A stretch of 64,000 bases of DNA from Candidatus Poribacteria bacterium. Its GTDB lineage: Bacteria > Poribacteria > WGA-4E > WGA-3G. This document shows, in pieces, positions 8,683 to 16,612 of this stretch (positions within the stretch are counted from its first letter, which is position 1; each line of letters begins with the position of its first letter). The notes beneath the pieces were generated by a model, which searched no databases, was not told the origin of the DNA, and saw nothing but the letters and a program-made list of their open reading frames with translations. The translations under genes and the position numbers were made by a program. Location: assembly GCA_022821495.1 (NCBI GenBank), contig JAJEDN010000043.1, positions 2,524 through 66,523 on the forward strand, read 5' to 3'.

Positions 8683-9480
8683 ATGCGATGCTTTGAATGT
8701 CAGAATCTTTTCAACCGGTTCGGAGTCTGTCTCTTTTTAGGAATCTCACTATTTTTCGCGTGTCAATCCAGTCCCGACCCAAGTGTTCTTGAACCTGAAA
8801 GGGAGAACATTGACATAGAGGACGGTATTGAGCCAATCGCGCGACCGCCAACGCCCGAGGAGACGTTTGAACAACTCAAACGTGAAAACCCTGGTAATAT
8901 TTTAGATAAGAACTTCAAAACGCTCCGACGGCTTGTCACATCCAAGACCTGTTTAGACTTCCTCAGACGTAACCATCCGTTAGAAGATCAATATCAGACT
9001 TATGATAAATTCTGGGAACTCGCAGCCTCTCATTCATCGCGATACATGCCATTTTTGAAGCAGACGCTTGAGAAACCTGACGAAGAAGATGCCGCGAATA
9101 CACATCTTCTCGCAGTACACTACAGACATGTTTTGATCCGTGGATACCATGGCAAAGATCCTGATACTTTTCAGGACGAATTGAAGAAGTTGATAGACGG
9201 TCCCGGAATGGATATAGCCTTTAAGCATTTTGTACATGCTGAGCGGAATGTTGTGAATGGGCTGGATCTCATTTTTTTTCTTGTGGAACTCACCCTTTAC
9301 GTTGGAAAAACTGAGCGGGCGGATGCTGTGCTCGCTGGTGAACTCTTTGATAAACATGGCGAGCATGACGCGCTTATTTGGCTCGCGCTCAAGGATCCCG
9401 TACTAATCGGATATATTCTCAAGGATTTTACAGATACTGACGTGCTACGGAGATGGATGGCAGGAGAGTTTCATCAATAA
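8683..9480 (+). CDS. hypothetical secreted/lipoprotein (paralog B)
   Basis: Signal sequence ending FFAC. Clear paralogy to 7657..8592. No family recognised. Confidence 0.6.
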   Translation: MRCFECQNLFNRFGVCLFLGISLFFACQSSPDPSVLEPERENIDIEDGIEPIARPPTPEETFEQLKRENPGNILDKNFKTLRRLVTSKTCLDFLRRNHPLEDQYQTYDKFWELAASHSSRYMPFLKQTLEKPDEEDAANTHLLAVHYRHVLIRGYHGKDPDTFQDELKKLIDGPGMDIAFKHFVHAERNVVNGLDLIFFLVELTLYVGKTERADAVLAGELFDKHGEHDALIWLALKDPVLIGYILKDFTDTDVLRRWMAGEFHQ

Positions 9481-9481
9481 A

Positions 9482-9529
9482 ATGTTTCGCGCAACGCTTG
9501 AAAAAGAAAATAGTTGATGTTAACAGAAA
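9482..9529 (+). other. relic resembling the last 12 codons plus stop of the sigma-BNR gene
   Basis: 9482..9529 aligns at ~36/48 nt with 7563..7610. It encodes MFRATLEKENS* versus MFHASLEKEND* at the true gene end. Confidence 0.45.
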
Positions 9530-9580
9530 ATTTCTCATTTCGTCGCCCCTGGTTCAGTTTTTACAATTTTTTTTATCGCT

Positions 9581-9614
9581 ATGCACCTTTTTGACCTCCA
9601 AATTGTATCATTAA
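9581..9614 (+). promoter_or_regulatory. 34-nt conserved motif, copy 2 (ATGCACCTTTTTGACCTCCAAATTGTATCATTAA)
   Basis: 32/34 identical to 4510..4543. It lies 61 nt upstream of ATG 9675. Confidence 0.4.
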
Positions 9615-9674
9615 AGGGTAAATAAAGATTTGGGAAATCCCAAATTAATAGTTTTACATCCAAAGGAGTATAGC

Positions 9675-11303
9675 ATGAAAAAAATAACCCTTTTGATTTT
9701 AACCCTACTCTCCATTTTCGCTGTTAACTTACCCGCTACTTTTGCTCAAACCTACTTTCACACCCGGACACTCGCCGGACATAAAATTTCTGTCCAAGCA
9801 GTCGCATTCAAGGACGACAGCACGCTCATTAGTGTCGGGGGTGATAGCACACTTTACGCTTGGAATCTTGACACCGGTGCCCAACGTTGGCATGTCGAAG
9901 TGGGTCTCTTCTTAATCTCTGATATTGCCATCTCATCGCACGACTCGCGCTTCGTCGTTTATGCTGGAGGACTATTTTTCCGCCCTTATATTGGGATGTC
10001 TTATACAGATGACGGAGACATAAGAGGTTACCTCACAGGACATACAAACAGTGTCAATACGCTGTCCTTTAAGCCAGGGAGTTCCACCCTTGCCAGTGGG
10101 AGCGACGACGACACAATCCGTATCTGGGATTTAACATGGGATGCATGGAAGAACAAGCCAGTCCAGACGCTGCGCGGACATAGGAATAACGTTGAATCAG
10201 TTGCGTGGAGTCCTGATGGAACGCTGCTCGCAAGTGGAAGTAGAGACCGAACCGTCCGCTTGTGGAACCCAAACAACGCTGCCAATACGGCTATACTTCG
10301 CGGACATACGAATACTGTAAACTCAGTTGCGTGGAGTCCTGATGGAACGCTGCTCGCGAGTGCAAGCCGCGATGACACAATTCGGATTTGGGACCCAACG
10401 AACACGGATACCGCGCTGCACGTCTTGGAAGGGCATACCGGTAACGTCAATACGTTGGCATTCCATCCGACTGAGCCACTCCTTGCCAGTGGCAGTAGTG
10501 ACGATACGATCCGCTTGTGGAACCTCACCACCGGGGAACACCAAGCCACCCTTACGGGGCATACAGGTAGCGTTAACACAATAGCCTGGAACTCTGATGG
10601 GATACTTCTCGTAAGTGGCAGTAGTGACGACACAATCCGCTTGTGGGAGCCACTCACAGCGGTTGATATAACAGGGGACGGTAGTGTTACATATCTTGAC
10701 ATTATTGAGGTGGCAGAGAACTACGGAAAAACTGTTGCAGACGGTGCAAACCCACGCGCAGATGTCAACAAAGATGGCATCGTTGACATTGAGGACCTTA
10801 TTGTTATTGCTAAGGCAGTAGATGCCCAAGCACCAATAGATTCCCAAGCGGCACCTATGCTCGCGCAGCTGCCTCGCTCCTCTTCCTTCATCGTAGAAGA
10901 GGTACAGCAATGGATTCAAGACGCACGAGACATCGGCGCGGATGCACAGACAATTGCTGTCTTGGAACAATTCTTGACAGTATTGACACAGCAGACACAA
11001 CCTGCTCCAGAGAAAACAGCACTCTTGGCGAACTATCCCAATCCATTCAATCCGGAGACGTGGATACCCTATCAGTTAGCGAAACCAACGGAAGTCACTA
11101 TCTTCATTCATGCCATAGATGGTGCTTTGGTCCGGACGCTGCCATTAGGCGAAATGCCTGCAGGTGTCTATCAGAGTAGGTCCGATGCTGCCTATTGGGA
11201 TGGTAAGAATGCTCACGGAGAGCAAGTCGCAAGTGGTGTCTATTTCTATACGCTCAAAGCAGGGCAGTTTAATGCGACGCGAAAAATGTTAATACGGAAG
11301 TGA
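9675..11303 (+). CDS. secreted WD40-repeat protein with dockerin-like EF-hand pair and NYPNPFNPETW-type (T9SS/FlgD-Ig-like) C-terminal domain
   Basis: ATG 9675 follows AAAGGAG, then a signal peptide. About 7 WD40 units (GHTNSVNTLSF...LASGSDDDTIRIWDL, etc.). DITGDGSVTYLD and DVNKDGIVDIEDL are dockerin-like loops. The C-terminus reads LLANYPNPFNPETWIPYQL...GVYFYTLKAG. Confidence 0.85.
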   Translation: MKKITLLILTLLSIFAVNLPATFAQTYFHTRTLAGHKISVQAVAFKDDSTLISVGGDSTLYAWNLDTGAQRWHVEVGLFLISDIAISSHDSRFVVYAGGLFFRPYIGMSYTDDGDIRGYLTGHTNSVNTLSFKPGSSTLASGSDDDTIRIWDLTWDAWKNKPVQTLRGHRNNVESVAWSPDGTLLASGSRDRTVRLWNPNNAANTAILRGHTNTVNSVAWSPDGTLLASASRDDTIRIWDPTNTDTALHVLEGHTGNVNTLAFHPTEPLLASGSSDDTIRLWNLTTGEHQATLTGHTGSVNTIAWNSDGILLVSGSSDDTIRLWEPLTAVDITGDGSVTYLDIIEVAENYGKTVADGANPRADVNKDGIVDIEDLIVIAKAVDAQAPIDSQAAPMLAQLPRSSSFIVEEVQQWIQDARDIGADAQTIAVLEQFLTVLTQQTQPAPEKTALLANYPNPFNPETWIPYQLAKPTEVTIFIHAIDGALVRTLPLGEMPAGVYQSRSDAAYWDGKNAHGEQVASGVYFYTLKAGQFNATRKMLIRK

Positions 11304-11358
11304 AAACTTATTTTTTTCCTTCGCTATGAACCAAATTTCTGTTTTTGGAGGAATCAAA

Positions 11359-13272
11359 GTGAAATATGTTCTTGTTTTTGTAAGCATGGCCATCGCGATG
11401 CTCTGTCAACTCGGCTGCTCTCTTGATGAAGCGCAAACACAATCTGAGAATCCTATAACCAACGATGCAACATCCGTTCTTAACGCCCCACGCTTTGTCG
11501 GAAATGTTGTCTTGGAAAATATGTATGCGGATGAAACTGGGAAACTGGCAAACAAAACACCACTGGAAATCATTACCGTGCTTGAAGGCACTGGCAAAGT
11601 CAGTCTTCAGGCTCGCTTTCGGTCAGTTAAAGACGGACCTTATGGATCACCCGTCTACGAATGTGAACTGATTGATGAATCAGCAGAGATTGCCCGGGGA
11701 ATGTCAGGCAGTCCAGTAGGCCCCCCGGGCCGTGTAATGGGTGCTCTCGCTTTCGGATACTGGTATAGTAAACCGCCGCACCGGTTCTTGGTCACACCCA
11801 TTGATTATATGGAGACAGCCATACACCATCCAACGTTTGGTGAATTTTTGAATGGAGAGGCGGCACCCGCTGCCCCCGCACTGGCGATGAATGCTACGTA
11901 CGCGCCAGTTAAAACACCTGTGATAATGACAGGGATCCAGCCCCACAGAATTCAAGAACTTTCTTCACATCTCTCTGACTCAAAATTCGATTTTGTTGAA
12001 TTGGTCGGTGATATCGGCGGCGCGCCTGCAGCACCGCCTGCAGATGCCACAACAAAACTCTTTGCGGGGGATATGATTGGTGCTGCCGTCGCTACCGGAG
12101 ATGTTACGAGCCTCATTGGCTATGGAACAGTGACACAGGTTTATGATGATAAATTTGTAGCCTTCGGTCACCCATTCTTTGCAGATGGGCAGTCTGCACT
12201 ACCGGTATATAGAGCTGTAACCCATGGAATCAGGTCCAACTTGACAGCATCAACTAAATCTGTCTCAGCGTACGGAAATCCGATCGGGACAATAACTAAA
12301 GACCTACATCCTGGAATTGTAGGGGAGCTCGGTCCGGGCCCCGCAATGATTCCAGTAAAGGTCTCTTACCGTCCCGTTAATAATAACACACCTATAGAGA
12401 AACATCATGTTGTCGCTTACGGCCAAGAGTGGGCACTTTCGTACGTTGCCGCAGTAACAATGGACGCAATTCGGATGGAGCGGAACGTCGCAACAGTTGA
12501 AGGAACTGTAACGCTTCACTTTCAAGAAACCGAGACTGTGTATACAGAAAAGTTTCGGACAGCCTCTTCAAACCCGTTTTTCGATGTGTTCATAAAGACG
12601 GGGTCAATTATTGACGCGTTCACTAATACACTTACAAACAACGCGGGCAAAGCAACCTTGAAAGCTGTTTCGATTTCTATCGTGGACAAACCGCAAATTG
12701 CCACAGCCGAAATTGACGAAATTATTGTGCCTGCTGAAGTGATGCCCGGAGAAAGTCTCACGGTTTCGGTGGTGCTACTTCCACACTGGAGCACTGCTGG
12801 TGCTGAGAGGATAATTCAAAGGGAAGTTATACTTGACATCCCTGATGGCTTCCCGATGGGTGAAGCAAATCTCACAGTTTCCGCCGCCGATGAATCGACT
12901 GACGACACAGAATTCACACAACTCTTCGGCAATATTTTCGATGAACTCTTAGGCGAGGAAGAAGAAGAAGATGAAAAACCGTTGCCAAGAAACCTCGACG
13001 AACTCATCCGTCAGAAGGAAGAGGATCAAATGGATGCAGGGTTAATTACAATAACGCTGACACCATCAGCTTTTGGTGGTGGATTCGCATTACCGGAAGA
13101 TTTACCGCTGCCAGAAGGCTTCCCACTCCCAGATGATTCGGAGGAACAGCCTATAGAAATTGAACTCATTATTGAAGGCTTTATCGTAACCGGGTCTAAA
13201 GAGGCACAAATTGTGATTAAAGTGGGAAACATGGAAGCCGGTGTACTGCGAATAGAGGGCGCACAACAATAA
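11359..13272 (+). CDS. SpoIVB/peptidase-S55-like domain lipoprotein
   Basis: GTG 11359 lies 7 nt after GGAGG (ATG 11326 is an alternative). Lipobox is LCQLGC. ARGMSGSPVGPPGRVMGALAFGY...TPIDYME matches the GMSGSP(I/V)...GA serine motif of S55 peptidases, and FVAFGHPFF is a possible His motif. There is an acidic linker EEEEEDE. No His precedes the Ser motif, so the call is tentative. Confidence 0.5.
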   Translation: MKYVLVFVSMAIAMLCQLGCSLDEAQTQSENPITNDATSVLNAPRFVGNVVLENMYADETGKLANKTPLEIITVLEGTGKVSLQARFRSVKDGPYGSPVYECELIDESAEIARGMSGSPVGPPGRVMGALAFGYWYSKPPHRFLVTPIDYMETAIHHPTFGEFLNGEAAPAAPALAMNATYAPVKTPVIMTGIQPHRIQELSSHLSDSKFDFVELVGDIGGAPAAPPADATTKLFAGDMIGAAVATGDVTSLIGYGTVTQVYDDKFVAFGHPFFADGQSALPVYRAVTHGIRSNLTASTKSVSAYGNPIGTITKDLHPGIVGELGPGPAMIPVKVSYRPVNNNTPIEKHHVVAYGQEWALSYVAAVTMDAIRMERNVATVEGTVTLHFQETETVYTEKFRTASSNPFFDVFIKTGSIIDAFTNTLTNNAGKATLKAVSISIVDKPQIATAEIDEIIVPAEVMPGESLTVSVVLLPHWSTAGAERIIQREVILDIPDGFPMGEANLTVSAADESTDDTEFTQLFGNIFDELLGEEEEEDEKPLPRNLDELIRQKEEDQMDAGLITITLTPSAFGGGFALPEDLPLPEGFPLPDDSEEQPIEIELIIEGFIVTGSKEAQIVIKVGNMEAGVLRIEGAQQ

Positions 13273-13287
13273 TTTCAGAACGCTATT

Positions 13288-13317
13288 GTATGGACAGGTA
13301 TTCATACCTGTCCATAC
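13288..13317. terminator. perfect 13-bp stem / 4-nt loop hairpin between convergent genes
   Basis: GTATGGACAGGTA-TTCA-TACCTGTCCATAC lies 16 nt after the stop at 13272 and 68 nt after the stop of the minus-strand gene. Confidence 0.6.
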
Positions 13318-13384
13318 GGCATTATAAGTAAAGCGTCTTTTGCGCTCGTGTGCTTCGCCAAGGTGTTTTGTCCGCGTTGTAGTG

Positions 13385-14833
13385 TTATGGCAGCAATTTC
13401 CGCAACGTCTGAATCAGTGTGCTCTCCGAAAACCATTTCCCTGCTACGCGCCACACACTGCTCGAAAACGTCGGATACACATGGATCATCCCGCTCAACT
13501 TCCGCAACGGTATTCCGGACTGCATCGCCAGCACATATTCATGCACGACCTCACCCGCATTCGTCCCGACGAGATGGACCCCCAATATCTTTCCCGTCCA
13601 CCGAGTCGCAATAACTTTACTGAACCCGTGCGTCTCGCCTTCCGCAACGGCTCTGTCAACATCGTTTTGGTCGAGTGTGAACACGTCAACGTCCCCATGT
13701 TTCTCGCGTGCTTCCGCCTCGGTGAGACCACACCGTGCAACCTCCGGGTCACAGAAGGTCGTCCACGGCACAACGGCATAGTTGATTGTGTTGGAAAGCG
13801 GGAAAAAGATATTCCGAAGGAGCAGCTGCGCTTGGAAAGCGGCGACGTGTGTGAATAGGTAGTGCCCGATCACATCGCCTGCGGCGTAGATGTTTTTGAC
13901 GCTCGTCTGAAGTCTCTTGTTGACTTCAATCCCGCGGCTGCCGACCTGCACGCCGATTTTGTCGAGTCCTAACCCTTCCACATTCGGTGCGCGTCCGGCG
14001 GCAATCAGGATTTTGTCAAAGGTCTGTTCTACTGTTCCGTTTTCGCTACCATTGAAAGCGAAGTGCTGTCGTTTAAACTGGACGTTTATACCATCTTCGC
14101 TTTCGGAAACTTGCGCGATACCCGTATTGAGTCGGATCGCAATGCCCTCCCCTCGCAGGTAACGCAGCATCTGCTCGGAGACATCGGTATCCTCTTTTGT
14201 GAGGATACGTCCGCTCCGTTGTGCGATCATCACATCGGCACCGAGACGATGAAACGCCTGTCCGAGTTCAACACCGATCGGACCCGCACCGACAACAAGC
14301 AATCGTTCTGGGAATTCTTCTAACTCCCAAACAGTTTCACTGTCGAGATAGTCGCAAGATTCTAACCCGGGTATAGGCGGCGCGACGGGACGCGAACCGG
14401 TACTTATCACAAACTTTTTGCTTTTGAGCGTGCGCGTCTCTCCGTTTTCGGTATCTTCTACAACGAAAGTACCGCTTGATTCAAAATGCCCATCTCCGAA
14501 GATGACATCGACACCCATCTCACGGAACCGCTCCGGGTTGTCGTGCTCTTCTTCTATGACGTGTTGTGTTCCTCGGACATACGCCATCACGCGCTGCCAA
14601 TCAGGTGTGGTTTCTGGGACAGTAATGCCGTATTTCTCTGCGTGCTGGATGGAATTCGCCACCTTCGCCGCTTTCAATAAGGCTTTGGAAGGCACGCATC
14701 CTGTCCAGAGGCAGTCGCCACCGATGCGATGCTTCTCCACAAGTGCGGTTTTTTTCCCTAATCTCGCCCCCGCCACAGCGAGCACGAGTCCAGCACTGCC
14801 GCCGCCGATAATTGTCAAATCGTACACAGCCAC
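13385..14833 (-). CDS. class I pyridine nucleotide-disulfide oxidoreductase (dihydrolipoyl dehydrogenase / mercuric reductase family)
   Basis: Contains IIGGGSAG (FAD), the redox-active GGDCLWTGCVPSK motif, a second Rossmann VVGAGPIGVE and a dimerisation-domain HVYPT. GTG 14833 follows GGAGGTGG (GTG 14854 is an alternative). Confidence 0.8.
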   Translation of the reverse strand: MAVYDLTIIGGGSAGLVLAVAGARLGKKTALVEKHRIGGDCLWTGCVPSKALLKAAKVANSIQHAEKYGITVPETTPDWQRVMAYVRGTQHVIEEEHDNPERFREMGVDVIFGDGHFESSGTFVVEDTENGETRTLKSKKFVISTGSRPVAPPIPGLESCDYLDSETVWELEEFPERLLVVGAGPIGVELGQAFHRLGADVMIAQRSGRILTKEDTDVSEQMLRYLRGEGIAIRLNTGIAQVSESEDGINVQFKRQHFAFNGSENGTVEQTFDKILIAAGRAPNVEGLGLDKIGVQVGSRGIEVNKRLQTSVKNIYAAGDVIGHYLFTHVAAFQAQLLLRNIFFPLSNTINYAVVPWTTFCDPEVARCGLTEAEAREKHGDVDVFTLDQNDVDRAVAEGETHGFSKVIATRWTGKILGVHLVGTNAGEVVHEYVLAMQSGIPLRKLSGMIHVYPTFSSSVWRVAGKWFSESTLIQTLRKLLP

Positions 14834-14857
14834 GATTCCACCTCCCTGTCGCACCGC

Positions 14858-16405
14858 CTACCGTTGTTGACGCAGGACCTCACCGGGTAATTGTCCCGTC
14901 ACGGTGCCATCTTCAACAACTGAAACGCCGTTAACGAACACCCAGTTTACACCGACAGGGGATTGGACTGGATCGAACCATGTGGATTTATCCGCAACCG
15001 TATCAGGATCAAAAACAACGATGTCCGCGGCGAGTCCTTCACGGATTCTACCGCGATCGGAGAGTCGGAAACGTTCGGCAGGGAAACCGCTCATTTTGTA
15101 TATCGCTTCTTTCAGCGAGACGAGTTGACGTTCCCGCACAAACTTGCCGAGATACTGCACGAAACATCCGTAACTCCGAGGATGCGGGTGCGGGATATTG
15201 TAGACCCCATCGCTCGCAATCATCATACGCGGGTGGCTTGCCGTCTGGTTCAAGATACGTTCATTTTCTTCGGGTGGTGTTGCCCACGGCATCACAAAGG
15301 TCTCAATCGCGGCTTCTTCGCAGATAAGATCGAAGGCGAATTCCTCGTTAGATTTACCTTCACTTTTCGCGGCTTCAGCGAGCGTCATACCGATGAACCT
15401 ACCCGAACGGTTGTAACCCACAATCTGGCTACCGTCGCGTAATTCACCGCGTAGGTGTGCGATCGATTTTTCTCGGACTTCTGGATTCTCGAGATGTGCT
15501 AACATATCGTCGGGGGCACCGGTCTGATACTCCATCGGGAGCATCATGGCGAGATGCGTCATGCCTGCAGGGTAGAGGTAGGATTCAAAAGTCAAATCGA
15601 TCTGTTCTTTCTCAACCTGCTCAAGTATATCAGCGACTTCATCGTCTACCCGTTCATGCGAGATATGCACAGGGATCCCGGCGCGTTTTGCAAGCTCAAT
15701 CGTCTCCTCCCACGCCTGTTTTCTGCCGAGGATACGGTATCGGATATGTGCTGCGTAGATGGCATCGTAACTTGCCGCGATTTTTGAAAGATGCACCAGT
15801 TCGTGCAAATCGGCATTCGCGGATGGCTGATAATCCAATCCTAAACAGAGACAGCACGCCCCCACCTCTAACCATTCACGGGTTGTACGTTCCATCACCT
15901 TCAATTCATCGGGAGTTGCTGGACGCGGATCCCACCCCATTACACCGAGCCGGACAGCGCAGTGCGGCACTTGCGGATAGAGGTTCGCAGGGATTCGCCC
16001 ATGGAACATATCGAGATATGCCTCTGGTGTCTGCCAGTTGAGCGGCAGTTCGGCATCGCCGTAGGCAAACTGCGTGTAATGCCACAGTTCCCTCGCCTGT
16101 TCCCGTGGTAACGGTGCCCATCCGAAGCCGTCTGGTGCGGCTAAGTGTGTTGTTACGCCTTGACTGACAGCAGCGAATTGGTCGCGCCCACCGAGCAGCG
16201 AGATCTCTGAATGTACATGTACATCGACGAAACCGGGGCAGACGACCCGACCATTTGCAGAAATTCGGTGCGGTGTTTCTGCGTCTCCGAGGTCGCCAAT
16301 CGCTATGATCCGGTCATCCTGAATGCCGATGTCTGCAACAAACGGTTCACGTTCCCCTGTTCCATCAACGATACTTCCGCCTACGATAATTGTGTCAAAT
16401 CTCAT
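14858..16405 (-). CDS. N-acyl-D-amino-acid deacylase (D-aminoacylase) family amidohydrolase
   Basis: FDTIIVGGSIVDGTG...PGFVDVHVHSE metal-binding start, MIASDG, and the C-terminal ADIVVFDP pattern of D-aminoacylases. Confidence 0.75.
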   Translation of the reverse strand: MRFDTIIVGGSIVDGTGEREPFVADIGIQDDRIIAIGDLGDAETPHRISANGRVVCPGFVDVHVHSEISLLGGRDQFAAVSQGVTTHLAAPDGFGWAPLPREQARELWHYTQFAYGDAELPLNWQTPEAYLDMFHGRIPANLYPQVPHCAVRLGVMGWDPRPATPDELKVMERTTREWLEVGACCLCLGLDYQPSANADLHELVHLSKIAASYDAIYAAHIRYRILGRKQAWEETIELAKRAGIPVHISHERVDDEVADILEQVEKEQIDLTFESYLYPAGMTHLAMMLPMEYQTGAPDDMLAHLENPEVREKSIAHLRGELRDGSQIVGYNRSGRFIGMTLAEAAKSEGKSNEEFAFDLICEEAAIETFVMPWATPPEENERILNQTASHPRMMIASDGVYNIPHPHPRSYGCFVQYLGKFVRERQLVSLKEAIYKMSGFPAERFRLSDRGRIREGLAADIVVFDPDTVADKSTWFDPVQSPVGVNWVFVNGVSVVEDGTVTGQLPGEVLRQQR

Positions 16406-16501
16406 AAACCGCTCCTATTATAATACTCATCAGAGCACTCTTTTTGGTCAGAATTTGATGACTCCATTATACCAAAAGTGTCCTCTTTATACAAAAAATT
16501 C

Positions 16502-16531
16502 TTGAATTATTTAGCAAACTCACGTTATAAT
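16502..16531 (+). promoter_or_regulatory. sigma70-like promoter TTGAAT-N18-TATAAT
   Basis: Hexamers read directly from the sequence, ~80 nt upstream of ATG 16613. Confidence 0.4.
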
Positions 16532-16612
16532 TAATACATGATATACACCGCATGATAGATATTGGGGCTGAACCCCTCAACCCTATTTTTCTATAGAAAA
16601 GGAGAAGCACGG

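Noticed and set aside
10028-11000. Two long antisense ORFs (10028..10702 and 10323..11000, 224-225 aa) inside the WD40 gene.
   Set aside because: They lie entirely within, and opposite to, a CDS with clear WD40 repeats. Their products are repetitive, low-complexity mirror images of the WD40 repeat DNA, with no RBS or family motif.
13340-13858. Plus-strand ORFs (172, 120 and 88 aa) overlapping the 3' part of the disulfide oxidoreductase gene.
   Set aside because: These are shadow ORFs opposite a well-supported minus-strand CDS. The sequences are Arg/Pro-rich and non-protein-like.
15457-16041. 194-aa plus-strand ORF, together with other plus-strand ORFs at 14904-15787.
   Set aside because: Antisense to the D-aminoacylase gene, which has clear amidohydrolase motifs. 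No independent signals.
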